Assembly: GCA_030390025.1 (NCBI GenBank)
Contig: CM059432.1
Span: forward strand, 93,250,001 to 93,314,000
Source: Squalus acanthias
Taxonomy: Eukaryota
DNA: 64,000 nt
Direction of reading: 5' to 3'
Below are positions 38,105-51,100 of this stretch, in pieces (position 1 is the first letter of the stretch; each line of letters opens with the position of its first letter). A program made the translations under genes and the position numbers. Under the pieces are notes generated by a model. It searched no databases, was not told the origin of the DNA, and saw only the letters and a list, made by a program, of their open reading frames with translations.

Positions 38105-38744
38105 ATCATATTCCTCTGTAAACAATAAAACATTACTGACTCTAAATAATTGTCTTCCTGAATAAACCACAGAATCCATACTGCTAACAGAACAGTGCCT
38201 GAGGGCTATCGATAAACTCACAACTGAACTAAGTCCGAAAATCTCAACACTAATTGTACAGCATTTATCACTTTTTCTGACAAATATATTTCATAAAATT
38301 GCAACTTTAAACTGCAAGAACTCCAGAAAAATATACTCATTCATCATGGCCCAGATAAAACTATTAGGTTAAGGAACTAATAGCCTCCAATCAGTGGTGA
38401 GGAGTAAGTTATATTTCTCTATGATTGGGATTAGGGAGCTTTACTTTGCACCTGGTTGTGCTATATCAGACCTGGGAGAGATTAAAGTTTATAACTATAT
38501 ACTCAAAGTAAAAAAGCATTCCAAACTGCAGAACTCACCATAATGGCCACAAAGAAAATGGCAAAACAAATTGCCAGAAAGATCCTTGGGGTTCTCCCAA
38601 CTGACCACTGTTAACTTTAAGGTAAACCCCATTTATGCGTCTATCTGGGGTTCCCGTCGAAGTTATGGCGGCCGATCAAGAGAATCCCCGGCGTATGTTC
38701 TAGACTAGAAAGGTTCAAGATACCATCCCCAGTCTGTTGTCCCT

Positions 38745-39057
38745 CCGAGAACTCTGCGCTCCTCCAATTCTGGTCTCTCGTGCACCCCCAATTTCCTTAA
38801 TCCCACCATTGGCAGTTGTGCCTTCAGCTATCCCAAGCCCCAAGCTCTGGAATTCCCCTCCCTCAACCTCTCTACCTCTCTCACCTCCTTTAGGACGCTC
38901 CTTAAAACCCACCGCTTTGACCAAGCTTTTGGTCACCTGACCCAATATCTCCTTATGTGGGTCAGTGTCAAATTTTGTCTGATTATGCTCTTGTGAAGCG
39001 CCTTGGGACGTTTTACGACGTTAAAGGTGCTGTATAAATGCAAGTTGTTGTTGTTGA
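38745..39057 (+). mobile_element. L2 LINE 3' end
   Basis: Same terminus and (ttg)n tail as the 9776 copy. Confidence 0.85.
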
Positions 39058-39776
39058 GAATTAGTCAATCACAGCTGGAAGACAAGTATGGCGCTACAGC
39101 TGGTTCCATTATCAATGAGCTACAACAGGGAAAATTGCCAGCCGGGTTCCAGCTCCTGATTATTGTCCAGCGACTCCCTGTTGGAAGTGTTTGCACTAGG
39201 GGAGTGCCAGGATTGTGTCCAATTGTGATGGCATCCATCGGTGCAAAGCCTCCTGACCTTTGGGTGAAAGCACGACAGAGGATGTCTGAAATTTCAGGCG
39301 GCGAGGGCCAATGCTGCCTCAACGCCCCGACTGGGATTTCCCTCCCCCACTGGGACTGCTGCTGGCCTCTACTCCCCTGGCCGCCATATGCAACTGGCAA
39401 CATGAAGAGGGGGAAGTTCATGGTGGATTTCTCTCCTTTCTAACTCCTTTACTGTTAGTTCCTGGGCTGCCTTGTGGAAGGTGGTAGTAGACCCCAGGAA
39501 GTGGTTCTAAGGGTTCAGAGTTCCCTTGTAGTAGCTTCCCCCTCCAGTCAGCCCCAGGCAATTACCTGCTGCAGGACAGTTTTATCACTCACACTGCCGG
39601 GCTCTGTCTCGGCAGTGGGAATCCCACTAGGAACCCGCTCTGCGTGTGCAATGAACCCCGATCCAGGAACATGTGCCAGGACTGGGCCAGATAGGGAGGG
39701 GCATGCTGAGGTGCCTCCCCACTGGAACTCCATCCCAAAAATTTGGATCCCCCTCCCTTTAATGTCCAGGCTCAGG

Positions 39777-40300
39777 TTTTTTTTTTATTCGTTCCTGGGA
39801 TGTGGGTGTCGCTGGCAAGGCCAGCATTTATTGCCCATTCCTAATTGCCCTTGAGAAGGTGGTGGTGAGCCGCCGCCTTGAACCGCTGCAGTCCATGTGG
39901 TGAAGGTACTCCCATAGTGCTGTTGGGGGCAGTGACGATGAAGGAACAACGATATATTTCCAAGTCAGGATGGTGTGTGACTTGGAGGAGAGCTTGGAGG
40001 TAGTGGTGCTCCCATGCGCCTGCTGCCCTTGTCCTTCTAGGTGGAAGAGGTCGCGGGTTTGGAAGGTGCTGCCGAAGAAGCCTTGGCGAGTTGTTGCGGT
40101 GCATGCAGATGGTACACACTGCAGCCACGGTGCACCAGTGATGGAGGGAGTAAATGTTTAAGGTGGTGGATGGGGTGCCAATGAAGTGGGCTGCTTTGTC
40201 CTGGATGGTATGGAGCTCCTTGACTGTTGTTGGAGCTGCACTCATCCAGGCAAGTGGAGAGTATTCCATCACATTCCTGACTTGTGCCTTGTAGGTAGTA
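39777..40300 (-). mobile_element. LINE family B 3' fragment
   Basis: MEYSPLAWMSAAPTT..QDKAA ORF and identical 3' terminus. Confidence 0.9.
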
Positions 40301-40761
40301 GATGAAATTTAGCCAAATGGACCTGGAATCAAAAATTCAATGCTGACTGTGGACCTCACCCTAGCATATATCATTTCAAGAGCAAAGGGTGAGGGGAGAA
40401 AATCAGAAAGAATGTTAGAAGAGGAGAAAAAGTATGATATGGTAGAAGTTTGAACTTTTCATTTTACTTGCTTGAAAATTGAAAAGTGGTTCTATTCTTG
40501 ATGTAATAAAACTGTTGGACTATAACCTGGTGTTGTGCGACTTCTCATTTTTGATGTAATTAGCAATACTGTTCCTTTGATGTGAAATAACTTGTTTGTT
40601 ACACAATATTATTTTATATGATCAATGTGACATACAAAGTAATCAAATCTTCTAGGATATGTATCACAGTATATGGGACATCTGTGTTTTCTATTGTTAA
40701 TCACAGTCATCAATCATAGACAAAAAAGTTCTTTCTGAGCTAGTGCCAATGACCAACAAAC

Positions 40762-40834
40762 CTGTGAGGGCATCCTTGCGATCTGGAGTATACTCAGTTG
40801 GTGTTTGACCAAACAGGCCAGAGTAAGGATCTAT
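40762..40834 (-). other. Candidate coding exon (73 nt, or 69 nt from a second AG)
   Basis: ttttccaaccttcatacag acceptor and CAG|gtttgt donor; from the first AG a single frame is open (IDPYSGLFGQTPTEYTPDRKDALT). Confidence 0.4.
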
Positions 40835-41509
40835 CTGTATGAAGGTTGGAAAAGTCAAACATTGGCAAATACAAAGTACAATATATATAACCATTTGTTT
40901 TGTGAGCTGGGTGTCTGGCATGCATGAAAATCCATCACCATGTTTAAGAGTATCCAAGCCAAGCTACTGAAAAATCCACCCAGATAGAGTTTATGTTTCC
41001 CTGATATGGAGTGCCCATGGAGACACACCAGAGAGGTTAGGCTTAGGGACCCCCCAATTGTGCATAGGGCTACTGCTGAAGGTTAACTAACTAAAACCAC
41101 ACACTTTCCTGTGCATGAGCACATCAGGGCCATTGTTGACTGTATCAAAAAGGAGCCTTGACCACACAATATCTCCAGGAAACTCAGTCTTTTACACCAG
41201 AGACCGACTCCTATGCATGCTCTTTTTATTTACACTGAGTTTGCGAATGTGGGAGGGGGTCAGCTGCCCTGGTGGCGGTTGTGAAGTATGGACAAGGGAT
41301 GGTGTACCCAGAGTGAAGACTGTTCAGAGGCCTGGCGGAGTGCATCATGTCATTGCTGGAATGGGGGGTCATTGTTGGAGCCAACCTTTTGCAGTACTCT
41401 GTGACTTTTCTTGTGAATTTTGAATGTGTTATGTGATAAATTTTTAGGAGTATATAGTTAAGTGGGTAAGGAACTGACACAGTGGCTGTATCTGAGAGAA
41501 TTTCTTTGG

Positions 41510-43015
41510 CTGATTGAGTAGATATTTTTGGTAGAATATGATTGTATAGAATTGTTTTTTGTGAAATGTAACTGGGGAGAAAGGTTTTGAAAAATATGAC
41601 TGATGATAATGAGAGTAGAAAATAACTAATTAGAAAAGAAAAAGCTATGGGCTGTCTTTGTTGGCCTTTTCTGAGGATGCATGAAAGGGGTGATTTTGAG
41701 GCCATTGTCTCCTTGTACAGAATAGATTCCAGGCCATAATTTCCCTGTGCTGCCCAGTATTAATGCCAGGGATTGGGAAGGTAGAGTCTCCCTTCTTGTT
41801 TGAGGAGCTGGAGGTTTTTGAGGTGAATTCATGATTCCTTACCTGCCCATAGGAGCCTGAAGTATGACTGTCACGGTCTTGGAATTTTTGGAACTGGAGC
41901 CTGGCTGGCAGCATCTGCAAAAGGTAGGGGAGGTGGGGGAGGACATTTAATTTTATTGTGCTGCCTGTCCCCAGGACGATTTATTTGGCTCAATTGGTAG
42001 CACTCTCAGCTCTGAATCAGAAGGTTGGGTTCAAGCACAGTCCATGGCTTGAGAACATAAACTAGCCGGATACTTCAGTGCAGTCTTGAGGGAGTGAAAG
42101 AAAGATAGACTTTGTTGTGCCTTTCATGACCTCAGATGTCACAAAGCACTTTACAGCCAATGAAGTACTTTTGATGTATAGTCACGGTTATAATGTAGGA
42201 CATGTGGCAGTTAATTTGTGCATTGCAAGGTCCCACAAACAGCAATTGTCTGCATTGTCAGTGGTGCTGTTTTTCGGATGAGATATTAAGCTAGATGTAG
42301 ATTCAGGTAGATGTATAAAATCTCATGGTATTATTCAAAGACGAACAAAGCCTTCTTGCCAATATTTATCCAACAATCAACACTACCAAAACCAAATGTC
42401 CTGGGTGAGGGACATATCCACTGTTAAACTGGTTGTTTATTGCAATAGCTATTTGTGGGACCTTGCTGTGTACGCACTGATGGGCAACTTTACTACCTAA
42501 CAACAGTGACAAATTCTTCAAAAGTAATTCATCAGCCTGGAAGTTTTTTGAATATCCTGAAGATGTGAAAAGCTCTATATAAATGTAAGTTATTTCTTTA
42601 TATGAGCAATTTGTTCCATCTGTCCAGGTCAGAATATATGCCAGCCACAGCGGGAAGGAAGGAGGAAGTTTATTTTCTAAAAACCAGTGTGCCAAGGAGC
42701 CATCATCACACTTTGGTACTGGAAGCCATATCCTGACCACACAAAGAGGCATGTCCTGGGTGAGGGACATACCCCCTGTTAAACTTGTATCTGAGAGTTG
42801 GCCATACTCCCTAATTTTCTGGAAGACATCAGAGAATGAGGTTAAGGGGTTAGTAATGTAAAGTAGGATGTCATCAGCATACAGTGATATTTTGTGCTTG
42901 GCTCCTCCAACCTCCACTATATGGATGTCTTAGCCTGCTCTGTCAGGGGCTCCACAGCCAAGGCAAACAGAGTGGGTAATAGGCATTCTGATCTGATCTG
43001 TCTTTAATGGGGAAA
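41510..43015 (-). mobile_element. L1-clade ORF2 fragment (RT to post-RT), decayed, interrupted by a SINE
   Basis: HKISLYADDILLYI (ORF 42366-42917), QMLP, and EGRLYLPNP..YWAA resembling the GGLxLPN..YYWA motif of fish-type L1. Confidence 0.75.
41987..42600 (+). mobile_element. Deu-domain SINE with an antisense SINE tail (~42097-42247) nested inside
   Basis: tggctcaattggtag head; the core is interrupted at gagggagtg and resumes ctgcattgtc. Confidence 0.8.
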
Positions 43016-43105
43016 TGTGAGAAGTCGCACAACACCAGGTTATAGTCCAACAGTTTTATTTGAAATCACAAGCTTTCGGAGCGCTGCTCCTTCGTCAGGT
43101 GAAGT
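43016..43105 (-). mobile_element. Second Penelope-like repeat with minimal hammerhead core (43066-43102)
   Basis: Minus strand reads tcac-CTGACGA-a-ggagc-agc-gctcc-GAAA-gc-TT-gtga, followed by aataaa. Confidence 0.8.
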
Positions 43106-43419
43106 GAAGAGATGTATATCGGCACAGCATATATAGTCAGAGAACACTGCCAGACGATTACAGTTAATCTTTCTAACTGCCCTTTATCACACCTCATTAA
43201 TGGGGAATGCAGGGGAGTTGGCACACATGCTGGATGCGAGGTTGAAGTACAGGATTCCAATCCAGAATGCACCATCCTTCTCAATACAGCAAGAACAAAT
43301 TGCTACTCAGTCCAATGCCCTATAGAGGTTTGGAAAAATCCATAGTAACAACAAAGTTCTCAACCTGTGTCTCTCTGAAAACCACACAGAACCTGGCACA
43401 ATGGAGAACTCCCAGATGC

Positions 43420-43950
43420 ATTCACCAGTGGACTGGAAACAGCTACTTGAAGGTAAATTAGTATCAGAGCAGTGGGAGGCATTCAAGGAGGAGATAGTGA
43501 GGGCTCCGTTCAAATATGTTTCCACAAAGAAAAAGGGTGGGACTCCCAAATCTAGAGCCCCCTGGATGTCAAGGAGCAGACAGTGTAGGATAAGGCAAAA
43601 GAGGGAAGCTTATGTCAGATACCAAGAGCTCAATACTGCAGAAAGCCGAGAGGAGTATAGAAAGTGCAGGGGTGAAATTTAAAAAATTAGGAAAGCAAAG
43701 AGAGGGCATGAAAAAATATTGGCAAGTAAAATCAGGGAAATCCCAAAGATATTTTATAAATGCAAAGAACAAGAGGATAACTAAGGAAAGAGTAGGGCCT
43801 ATTAGTGACCAAAAAGGTAACCTGTGTGTGGAGGCAGACGACGTGGGTACGGTTCTTAATGAATACTTTGGGATTAGGCTGGATAGCTCTTTTTCGGCTG
43901 ACACAGACACGATGGGCCAAATGGCCCCCTTCTGTGCCATAAATTTCTAT
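43420..43950 (+). mobile_element. CR1 internal fragment joined to a CR1 3' tail
   Basis: VDWKQLLEGK..QWEAFKEEI..APWM and KRITKERVGPI..VLNEYF, then gatgggccaaatggcc tail. Confidence 0.8.
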
Positions 43951-43957
43951 GATGAGA

Positions 43958-44530
43958 GGATTCTGGATCTGGCATGAGAAAGACATCACCAGGCTGGGCT
44001 AACACCTTGACAGGGGCCAGAATATCCCCTTCTAACAGCTGGCGAACAGATTCCACCTTCCAGAACATTACCAATAGCATTGACTTCCCCAGGATCCAGC
44101 CACAATGCAAAAGTTGCCAGATGAACCCAACCCCCTGTAGCTGTGCCTCCCCTCCTCGGCAGATCCACAGGTCACATTTCTGTTCTCTCCATGTTTGCCT
44201 CAGATTCAAAAAGGCAACATAGAAAGCCTGGGAGAGGCCTGAAAGTGAACGGGGGAGATAGTCTGGAAGCAAATTCTTATGACTACTACCTGCAGCGGAA
44301 TGTTTAACGGTCATCTTAAGATAACAGAGCGTGCACCGTACTCTACAGATGCATCACAAATTGCACCCCTCCCTGGGGAGCGACTGCTGGAAGGAAAGTA
44401 ATCAGAAGGAAATACTGCTGCACTTGTTCTTGGCATGTCCCTGCATTCAGCTGTTCTGGACAATTACTCTACGTGCAGGCCTGTGGTTATTGGGTCTACC
44501 CACTGGAGAACAAGTCCCCAGGCAACTTAT
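43958..44530 (+). mobile_element. L1-clade ORF2 C-terminal fragment with zinc-knuckle remnant
   Basis: FWIWHEKDITRL then DCWK..ILLHLFLACPCIQLFW (ORF 44331-44537). Confidence 0.75.
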
Positions 44531-44913
44531 CAGCTAACGCAGTTATCACTGCACAGCTGCAAGAAGATGCAAACCTCTCAGAGAGAAAACAGATTTAGCC
44601 AGTGAGAAAGAAGTAAATTCACAATTACAACATACGGGAAGATTTCTGTGCATGAGGTACAGGAAAATTGTAAAATCAATTACAAAGAGCAGGTTGAAGA
44701 TTTTAACACACCTGATGCTCAAAGTAACTCTTTCCCCATAGATTACAGACTGAAGCAATTTTATTATAAAGGTAACAGTGGATCTCCTACGTTTCATAAT
44801 ATAGGTCCATTAAGTGCAGTCAATAAACATCTTTTTCACTCTCAGCGGAGCCAGGGGTTCCTCCCCACCTCAGTACACCCTGGGTCTCTCTGACCCTCCC
44901 CCAAAAAGAGCAT

Positions 44914-45722
44914 GGCCTTGGTTTTAAAACCCCCGCCGTGCATCCCCCCACCCCCCCGCACCCAAAACCAGGCAGGAAAGGGTCGGGCGAGGAGTTAGAA
45001 TCCTGAAATTCAAAATCCTGCCTCCATTCTGCTGCGTTCCTGGCCATCATAATATTAATGGAGGCGATTCAGGCCCTGCACGAGGCTCCTGCTAAAAGGA
45101 GACAGGGGCCTACTCAAGATTCAAAATGATGTAATCGGCGGCGACTGGCCAGAAGAGGCCACTTTAAGTTTTAAAACTTTCCCTCTCTTTGAACTCCTTG
45201 TGGGCCAGGAGGACCAGAAGTGTTCCCCCAGGCCCACAAGGAGTCCTTGGGCCTCCCCAGCCTAGGCATCCCCTCAATCACAACGCAAAAAGGGAATCCC
45301 CAGCCCTCCCTACACAAAAAGGGAATCCCCAGCCCTCCCTACACAAAAAGGGAATCCCCAGCCCTCCCCACACAAAAAGGGAATCCCCAGCCCTCCCCAC
45401 ACAAAAAGGGAATCCCCAGGCCTCTCCTCAATCCCAAGATGATTGCACTCCATCCCTTGCATCAACTGACTGTCGAGGACTGTTCCCACCAGTCCCCAGC
45501 TGCCGGCTCCTGAGGCCGAATTTCCGTTCCTGCCCTCCGACCAGGCAGTGAATCTGATCGGGTATTGGGCGGGAGTCCAGGAAAATTTATTTTAATGAGG
45601 TCCTGCCGTTAAGATCGGCAGGGCCGCCACGTCCACGACCAGTGCGGGTGCGCCGCCCGGTACTGGGTTCGCCGCCCCCTTCCCAACCACCACCCCCCCT
45701 CAACCCCGTAAAAATTGAGGCC
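44914..45722. mobile_element. Harbinger-type MITE containing a 29-bp minisatellite
   Basis: Ends ggccttggtttta / taaaaattgaggcc with flanks cat/tat; GC-rich subterminal motifs like the other MITEs. Confidence 0.7.
45283..45419. repeat. Minisatellite, 29-bp unit acacaaaaagggaatccccagccctccc(t/c), ~4.7 copies
   Basis: Units start at 45283, 45312, 45341, 45370 and 45399 with no spacers. Confidence 0.96.
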
Positions 45723-46411
45723 TATCTCTTTCCTGCCCCTCACAGGTTCTTACTCACTTCTACCCCAAAAGGTGCCTCTTACACCCTTCCTACACAGGGT
45801 CTCACTCTTTTCTCCCTCAAGAAGGTCTCCCTCTCTGCTCTTCTTCAGTCATCCCAATACTGTGAAATTCATCAACCTGCTTGTATAAAAGGCTTTGAGA
45901 GCATTCATCCCAGTGCAGACGTAATACTCCAGGTATCATGCTTTCCATAAAATACTAACAAATGACAACTGAATCATCTTAAAGGTATACAAAAAGAAAC
46001 ATCTGTGGAGAGTATTCAAATAACAAGCAGAGGAGCCAAGCAGCTGCCAGTCTAGAGAAAGTTGCAACAACAATAATTAGCTTCTAATTGACGTCAAGTT
46101 CTGCTTAAGAACACTTCCATGCAAAGGGCAGCTGAGCAGTGGGCTTTTAAAAGGACAGAATAAGGTAGCAGCTAAGCATTACAACCATAGTCAAGACCCC
46201 AGACTCTCCATGAACTATGTTGGAGGAGATCAACTAGTAATCTTAAAATGTTTCAGGAAATGCTATTTTCCCCCATGTAACAGGGCCTCAGTTTATGACT
46301 GTACTGTCACATGAGGTGTTGGATAGAGTATTACAACACTCCCAATGAAGTGCTCGGCTGGAACAAGGATTCTTAATGCGGCGAGAGGAAGGTTGGGATG
46401 CAAAAACATAC

Positions 46412-46522
46412 CGCTGTCCATCTCATCCTTCTGTCTGCACTCATCAGAGAACTGTTCTGAGTTACCTCTGGAACAATCGGAGGCAGATTCATTAGCCACT
46501 CCCTTCTACACTCCAATACACT
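46412..46522 (-). other. Candidate 111-nt coding exon
   Basis: attcccttttag acceptor and GCG|gtatgt donor; only phase 0 is open (SVLECRREWLMNLPPIVPEVTQNSSLMSADRRMRWTA). Confidence 0.45.
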
Positions 46523-47970
46523 CTAAAAGGGAATCTGTCCTCTTAAAATTCAATGAATGTAAGGGATAGAAGGAACTCCTCCAAAAAAAAACAAGTTTCC
46601 GCCAAGGAATACTAGCTGGGTTACATGAATTTGAGATCTACCAACATTTTTCAAAGCTTCTAAGATTTTTCAATGGGTGTTACATGGTATTTGTTCAAGG
46701 CATGCAGCAGTATTTTGTCATCAATGTAAATAAAATCAATAGCAAGGTTACAGAGCTCTAGTGAATTTATAATTTAATTTCATGCAGCCACCAGAAACTG
46801 AAATATGTGAGTGTATTTACAAGGCCCGGCCACAAATTTTTGTGTTTAAAAAGTAAAAACAAAGAACATTACACAGACCTGACCCAAATGGACTTAATGC
46901 CTCATTTTATTTAATTTAAAAAAATCTAATGACTGGAATGTTTCAATGTGCCGTAGCTACTTGCACCTCTAAATATTTCTAGTATGCGGAGGTAAGAGTG
47001 TGTCGAAAGCAGGTTAAAATCATTTCTGCAATACTTATTTGGTGGAGCAAAAGGCTGAATATAATAATAGGTAAATCAGTCATTTGATGGATCGATAAGC
47101 AGTACAATTCAGCCCGATAGAACAGGAAATAAGATGCAAAGAGTTCTTGGATTCTGTACTAACTAATCTTAGCTGGTCTCCTATTGTAGTGCTTTTTGGT
47201 AGTTTGAGGTCTGGAGCCACTGCTCAGATGTTCCCCGTGGGGAATTAGTCTATGTAGGCACATACAAGGCTACTTATTGTTGTTGGAAATGTTTCTAGAC
47301 GAGCAGCTACTTGGCTCCTCATCTCATTTAGCTCAACATCTTCAAAACAGTGACTGCACTCCAAAAGTACTTCATTGGCTGCAAAGCACTTGGGGTCATC
47401 CTGAGGTTGTGAAAGGCGCTATATCAATGTAAGTCTTTCTTTTATTATCTCACAGTCAAAAAATAACTGACTTCCTTGCTCTTTGTGTAGACTTTTTTTA
47501 AAAAAGATTGCTCAGTTGTGATTAGTCATTTTATACAAAATGTGTTGTCTGGAGTGTGACAAATATTCTCAAAAGTTTTGTATAAGTATTGATTATATAA
47601 GAATTATAATAAATCCATTTTCTGCATGAAAACCTTTGATTAATAAACCTCTCCCGAACTGCTGTGAAACTGTAATACAAGTACACACCCTGAACAAACC
47701 AATCCCTAGAAGCTAGCTGATTATTCACTTAAAAATCACAATTATCTTTGACCAAGCCTTTATAAGAAAAGAATCTATAAATCTCTCCCCTCATTTTTCA
47801 ATTTCACAAATTGGACTTGTATTGTACCTATAGCAAATAAAAGGAAAGATAACTCAAGGGGTAAATACTTTTGAAAGTAAAGTACTTCATAAAAGGAGGC
47901 ATTCCACACTTTTAATTTAAGTGACTTCCTTAGAAAATCAGATTTAACAGCTCACCCCGCAGAGATCAAG

Positions 47971-48710
47971 GGGCTGGATTTTAAGGAGAATGGCGGGTTG
48001 AGGGCGGTGGGCCTCCAAGGCGGCCGGGAAACCTGGGAGGCCGACTTTAACAGCAGGGCCTGATTTGCATGTGAGGCCTTGGTTTCCCGCCCGCAGCCAG
48101 CCAGACTGAGAGGCTGGCTGCGGGTAGACCTGCGGCACTAGGCCGCACAGAGGCCGTTAAAAGGATCGGGGGGGGGGGGGGGAAAGAGAGGATCGGGGCT
48201 GGATGATCGGGGTGGGGGGTGATGGGAAGATCATGGCCGACCACCGGAGGATTGGGGGGGGGGGGGGGGAATAAAAGATCATGGCCGGCCTCAGCAGTAT
48301 CGTTGTGGGGGGAGGATGCCTGGAGGGTGATCGGAGGCCTCGTGGGGGGTCTCCGATCACGGGGGGTGGGTTAGGTAGGGACTCTGGATCCAGGAGGCAG
48401 GTATAAAGGCACTTACCTCCTGGATCCAGCAGTCCCCGCCTTGCTGTAACGGCCGGGTTTTACGAAGTGTGTAAAACCCATCCACATGCAGTCAAAAACA
48501 AAATGGAGGTTAAAAAAGATGCTTCCAGCCTTATTATAATATTTAAATTGACATCCTGGGAGCGGGTTGGCTGCCCGCCCCTGTCCTGCTTCCCGTCCCA
48601 CCTCCATTAAAACCGGAAGTGGGTGGGTTGGAGGCGGGAATCCAATTTTGAACAATTTAACTACCCCCATGCTCCAAACCCACCTGTTTTTTTAGGTTAA
48701 AAATACCCCC
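47971..48710. mobile_element. Harbinger-type MITE
   Basis: Ends gggctggattttaa / ttaaaaataccccc with AAG on both sides; contains poly-G tracts. Confidence 0.82.
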
Positions 48711-49745
48711 AAGGTGTCACATTCCCCTTGGCTGACATCACTAAATGTCAATTAAGTGCACTTTGTTCCCACCTCTGCTGTCACTCTACTTGTTCAGTTT
48801 TCTAGGATCACAGATTAATGGGATGAAAGTTCCTCCTCTCTGTTGGTCCTACGTGAATAAATTTGGGCAATCTCTGTGTAATTTCTAGTGGATATGACAA
48901 TTCAACACAAGTTAGCATTCTTACTCAAGAAACATGGGCTGGTGCAGAAAATGGAAATGAAGCCCTGATTACCAAACCAAACAGTTAAATATCTGTAACT
49001 GAGGAAACTTACTACCCTTATAGAATATAGGGAGGAGAGTTATATTAGTTATTTTTTCTTAATAGATTTGTTGACTGAATCTTATCAGTGCTAAGGAAAA
49101 CAGATGATTTCTCCATCCACTGTCTGATTTTGACGATGGATGCATATATGGTGCAATTTTAATGTTGCAGGGTCCTGACCTGACTCTAGAGCAGAATGGT
49201 GTGTAATCCTCTGAAGGAGGCAGTCTCGCACCACTTAGATTTGATGCCACATAATGTGTAATTACAGCAGTGTCAAACCATGCTTACAAAGGGCTCAGCA
49301 ATTCCAACAGTTCCCTTGGGCACATCTAAATGACATCCAGGCAGTATAAACAAGGTACTGCCTGTAATTAGACACTAGCTCCCAATCAGTAGAGTACAAC
49401 TACGCCCTACATCTGCCTACGGTGATTTAGTGGCTACATGTCTTTCAGATGCTGAGTTAACCAATCTGGACAATGCGGCATCATCAGAAGTTTGGATAGC
49501 AGACATTAGGCCCTTGAAAGTGCCCAGGAACAGAGTGGGTCCAAGGTTTGTTGCTGTTGCAAAGCTTATTTAAGTGACCCAGTATTTGTGCCCTCCGAGT
49601 AAACTACATATACAGTTGTGCAAGCTCACTAGATCTACCACAAGTGACCAACTTCTCAACAAAATTAGGATTCCATATTTTATTGAAAGCTCTAGAAATG
49701 TCAAGAGCATCTACTCCAACTTTGTGCTGGGCATCGGGAATCACT

Positions 49746-50216
49746 AGGGCCGATCTGAACTCCCGTCTGGTGTAAATTGGCATTTGTGCCCCAAATATGG
49801 CATTGGGTCACTTACCGCCCCGTTTACACTTGCGCTCCAGGGAATTCATCTTGGGTAGGGTTCTGAGACAGACTATCAGAGCACCTGCCTGTTTCAGGCG
49901 GGAAGCTACAAGTAATATGCAAATTGGGATCCTATGACGTGCTCCTCTTGGGCCCACAAAAAACTCTGACCCACTGCCGGCCCATCCGAGCCCCCCGGGA
50001 TCGTTTACTCCCTACCCCTCAGGCTTCAACTGTCGGCCTGTTCAGCATGGGAGCCAGCTGATTTCCCACAACCAGTAGGATGCCCGCAGCTCCTCCAGCG
50101 GCATGTTAATGTGACCCAGGCCTCAAATTGGCCCAGGCTTCACCCTGGCAACAGGTGGGGCGCTGCACACACCACCCACCACGTGTCCATAATCGCCTGT
50201 AGTTAAAATCAGCCCG
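49746..50216. mobile_element. Harbinger-type MITE, diverged
   Basis: gggccgatctgaact matches the reverse complement of the right end (gggctgattttaact) at 12/15; flanks act/acc. Confidence 0.65.
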
Positions 50217-50639
50217 ACCATTTCTGTATCATGAGATTCAAAATGTCACAAGTAACAGGTTGTTGTGAGTGACATCCTGTAACAGCTTCTCATTCACTAT
50301 GGTTAACACAAGCTTTGGCATAATTAGCAATACAGAAACTGGTGCTTTCCACTTGGATGGGACCCACTGCTCTTCAGAAGAGGTGGGAGGAGAACGTCAC
50401 AGTTAAGTCTTCTCAATTGAGTTGCTTTCAACTTTGATGGGACAGCACCACAAGATTTTAAATAGATGAGCTGGGAGCAGCTAGTTCTCAAATACAGAAA
50501 TACCTTCGATTTCCCAGTATATGCATTGTAGAAATAAATACAACTTGTATGAAGACATCCAGCACTAAGAACTTTATGTTCAAATTCCTTTGCCCTAGAG
50601 TTAACTTCTTTAAAAATTGTGACTCTCCCAGCTTTCCAT

Positions 50640-51100
50640 AGAACCAGAGATTTACTGTGTAGTGAGGTCATTCAGCCAATCGTGTCTGTACTGGCTCTTT
50701 TCTAGAACAATTCCCCCATCCTGCCCTGTATCCGTGTATCTATCTCTGCTTCAAATATTTATCCAATATTCCCTTGAAAGACACAATGGTCTCTGCCTCA
50801 ACCATCTCCTGTGGCAAACCCTTCCATGCTCCAATAATTCTCTATGTAAAGAAATGCCTCCTAATCTGTCAACTCACTATCTTAGTGACAATTTTAAATT
50901 CATGCCCCCTTATCACCAACTCCCCAACCATAGGAAATAGTCTTTCCCTATTCACTCAATCAAAACTCTTCATAATTTTAAAAAGCTCTATTAAATATCT
51001 TAACCTTCTCTGCTCCAGTAGAAGTAGTCCAAAATCTCATCTCTCCTCATAACAATAGCTTCTATCCCTGGCATAGTCCTAGTGAATCTATGCTGTTCAC
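50640..51100 (-). mobile_element. Old CR1 3' fragment
   Basis: Degenerate match to CR1 ends (ttcataattttaaaaagctctattaaat..aaccttctctgctccag). Confidence 0.75.

Noticed and set aside
41100..41400. Possible L1 ORF1 remnant on the minus strand
   Set aside because: Only faint motif resemblance; too degraded to call by eye.
45283..45419. 29-bp repeats as a CRISPR array
   Set aside because: Units are head-to-tail with no spacers, lie inside a MITE in vertebrate DNA, and have no cas genes nearby.
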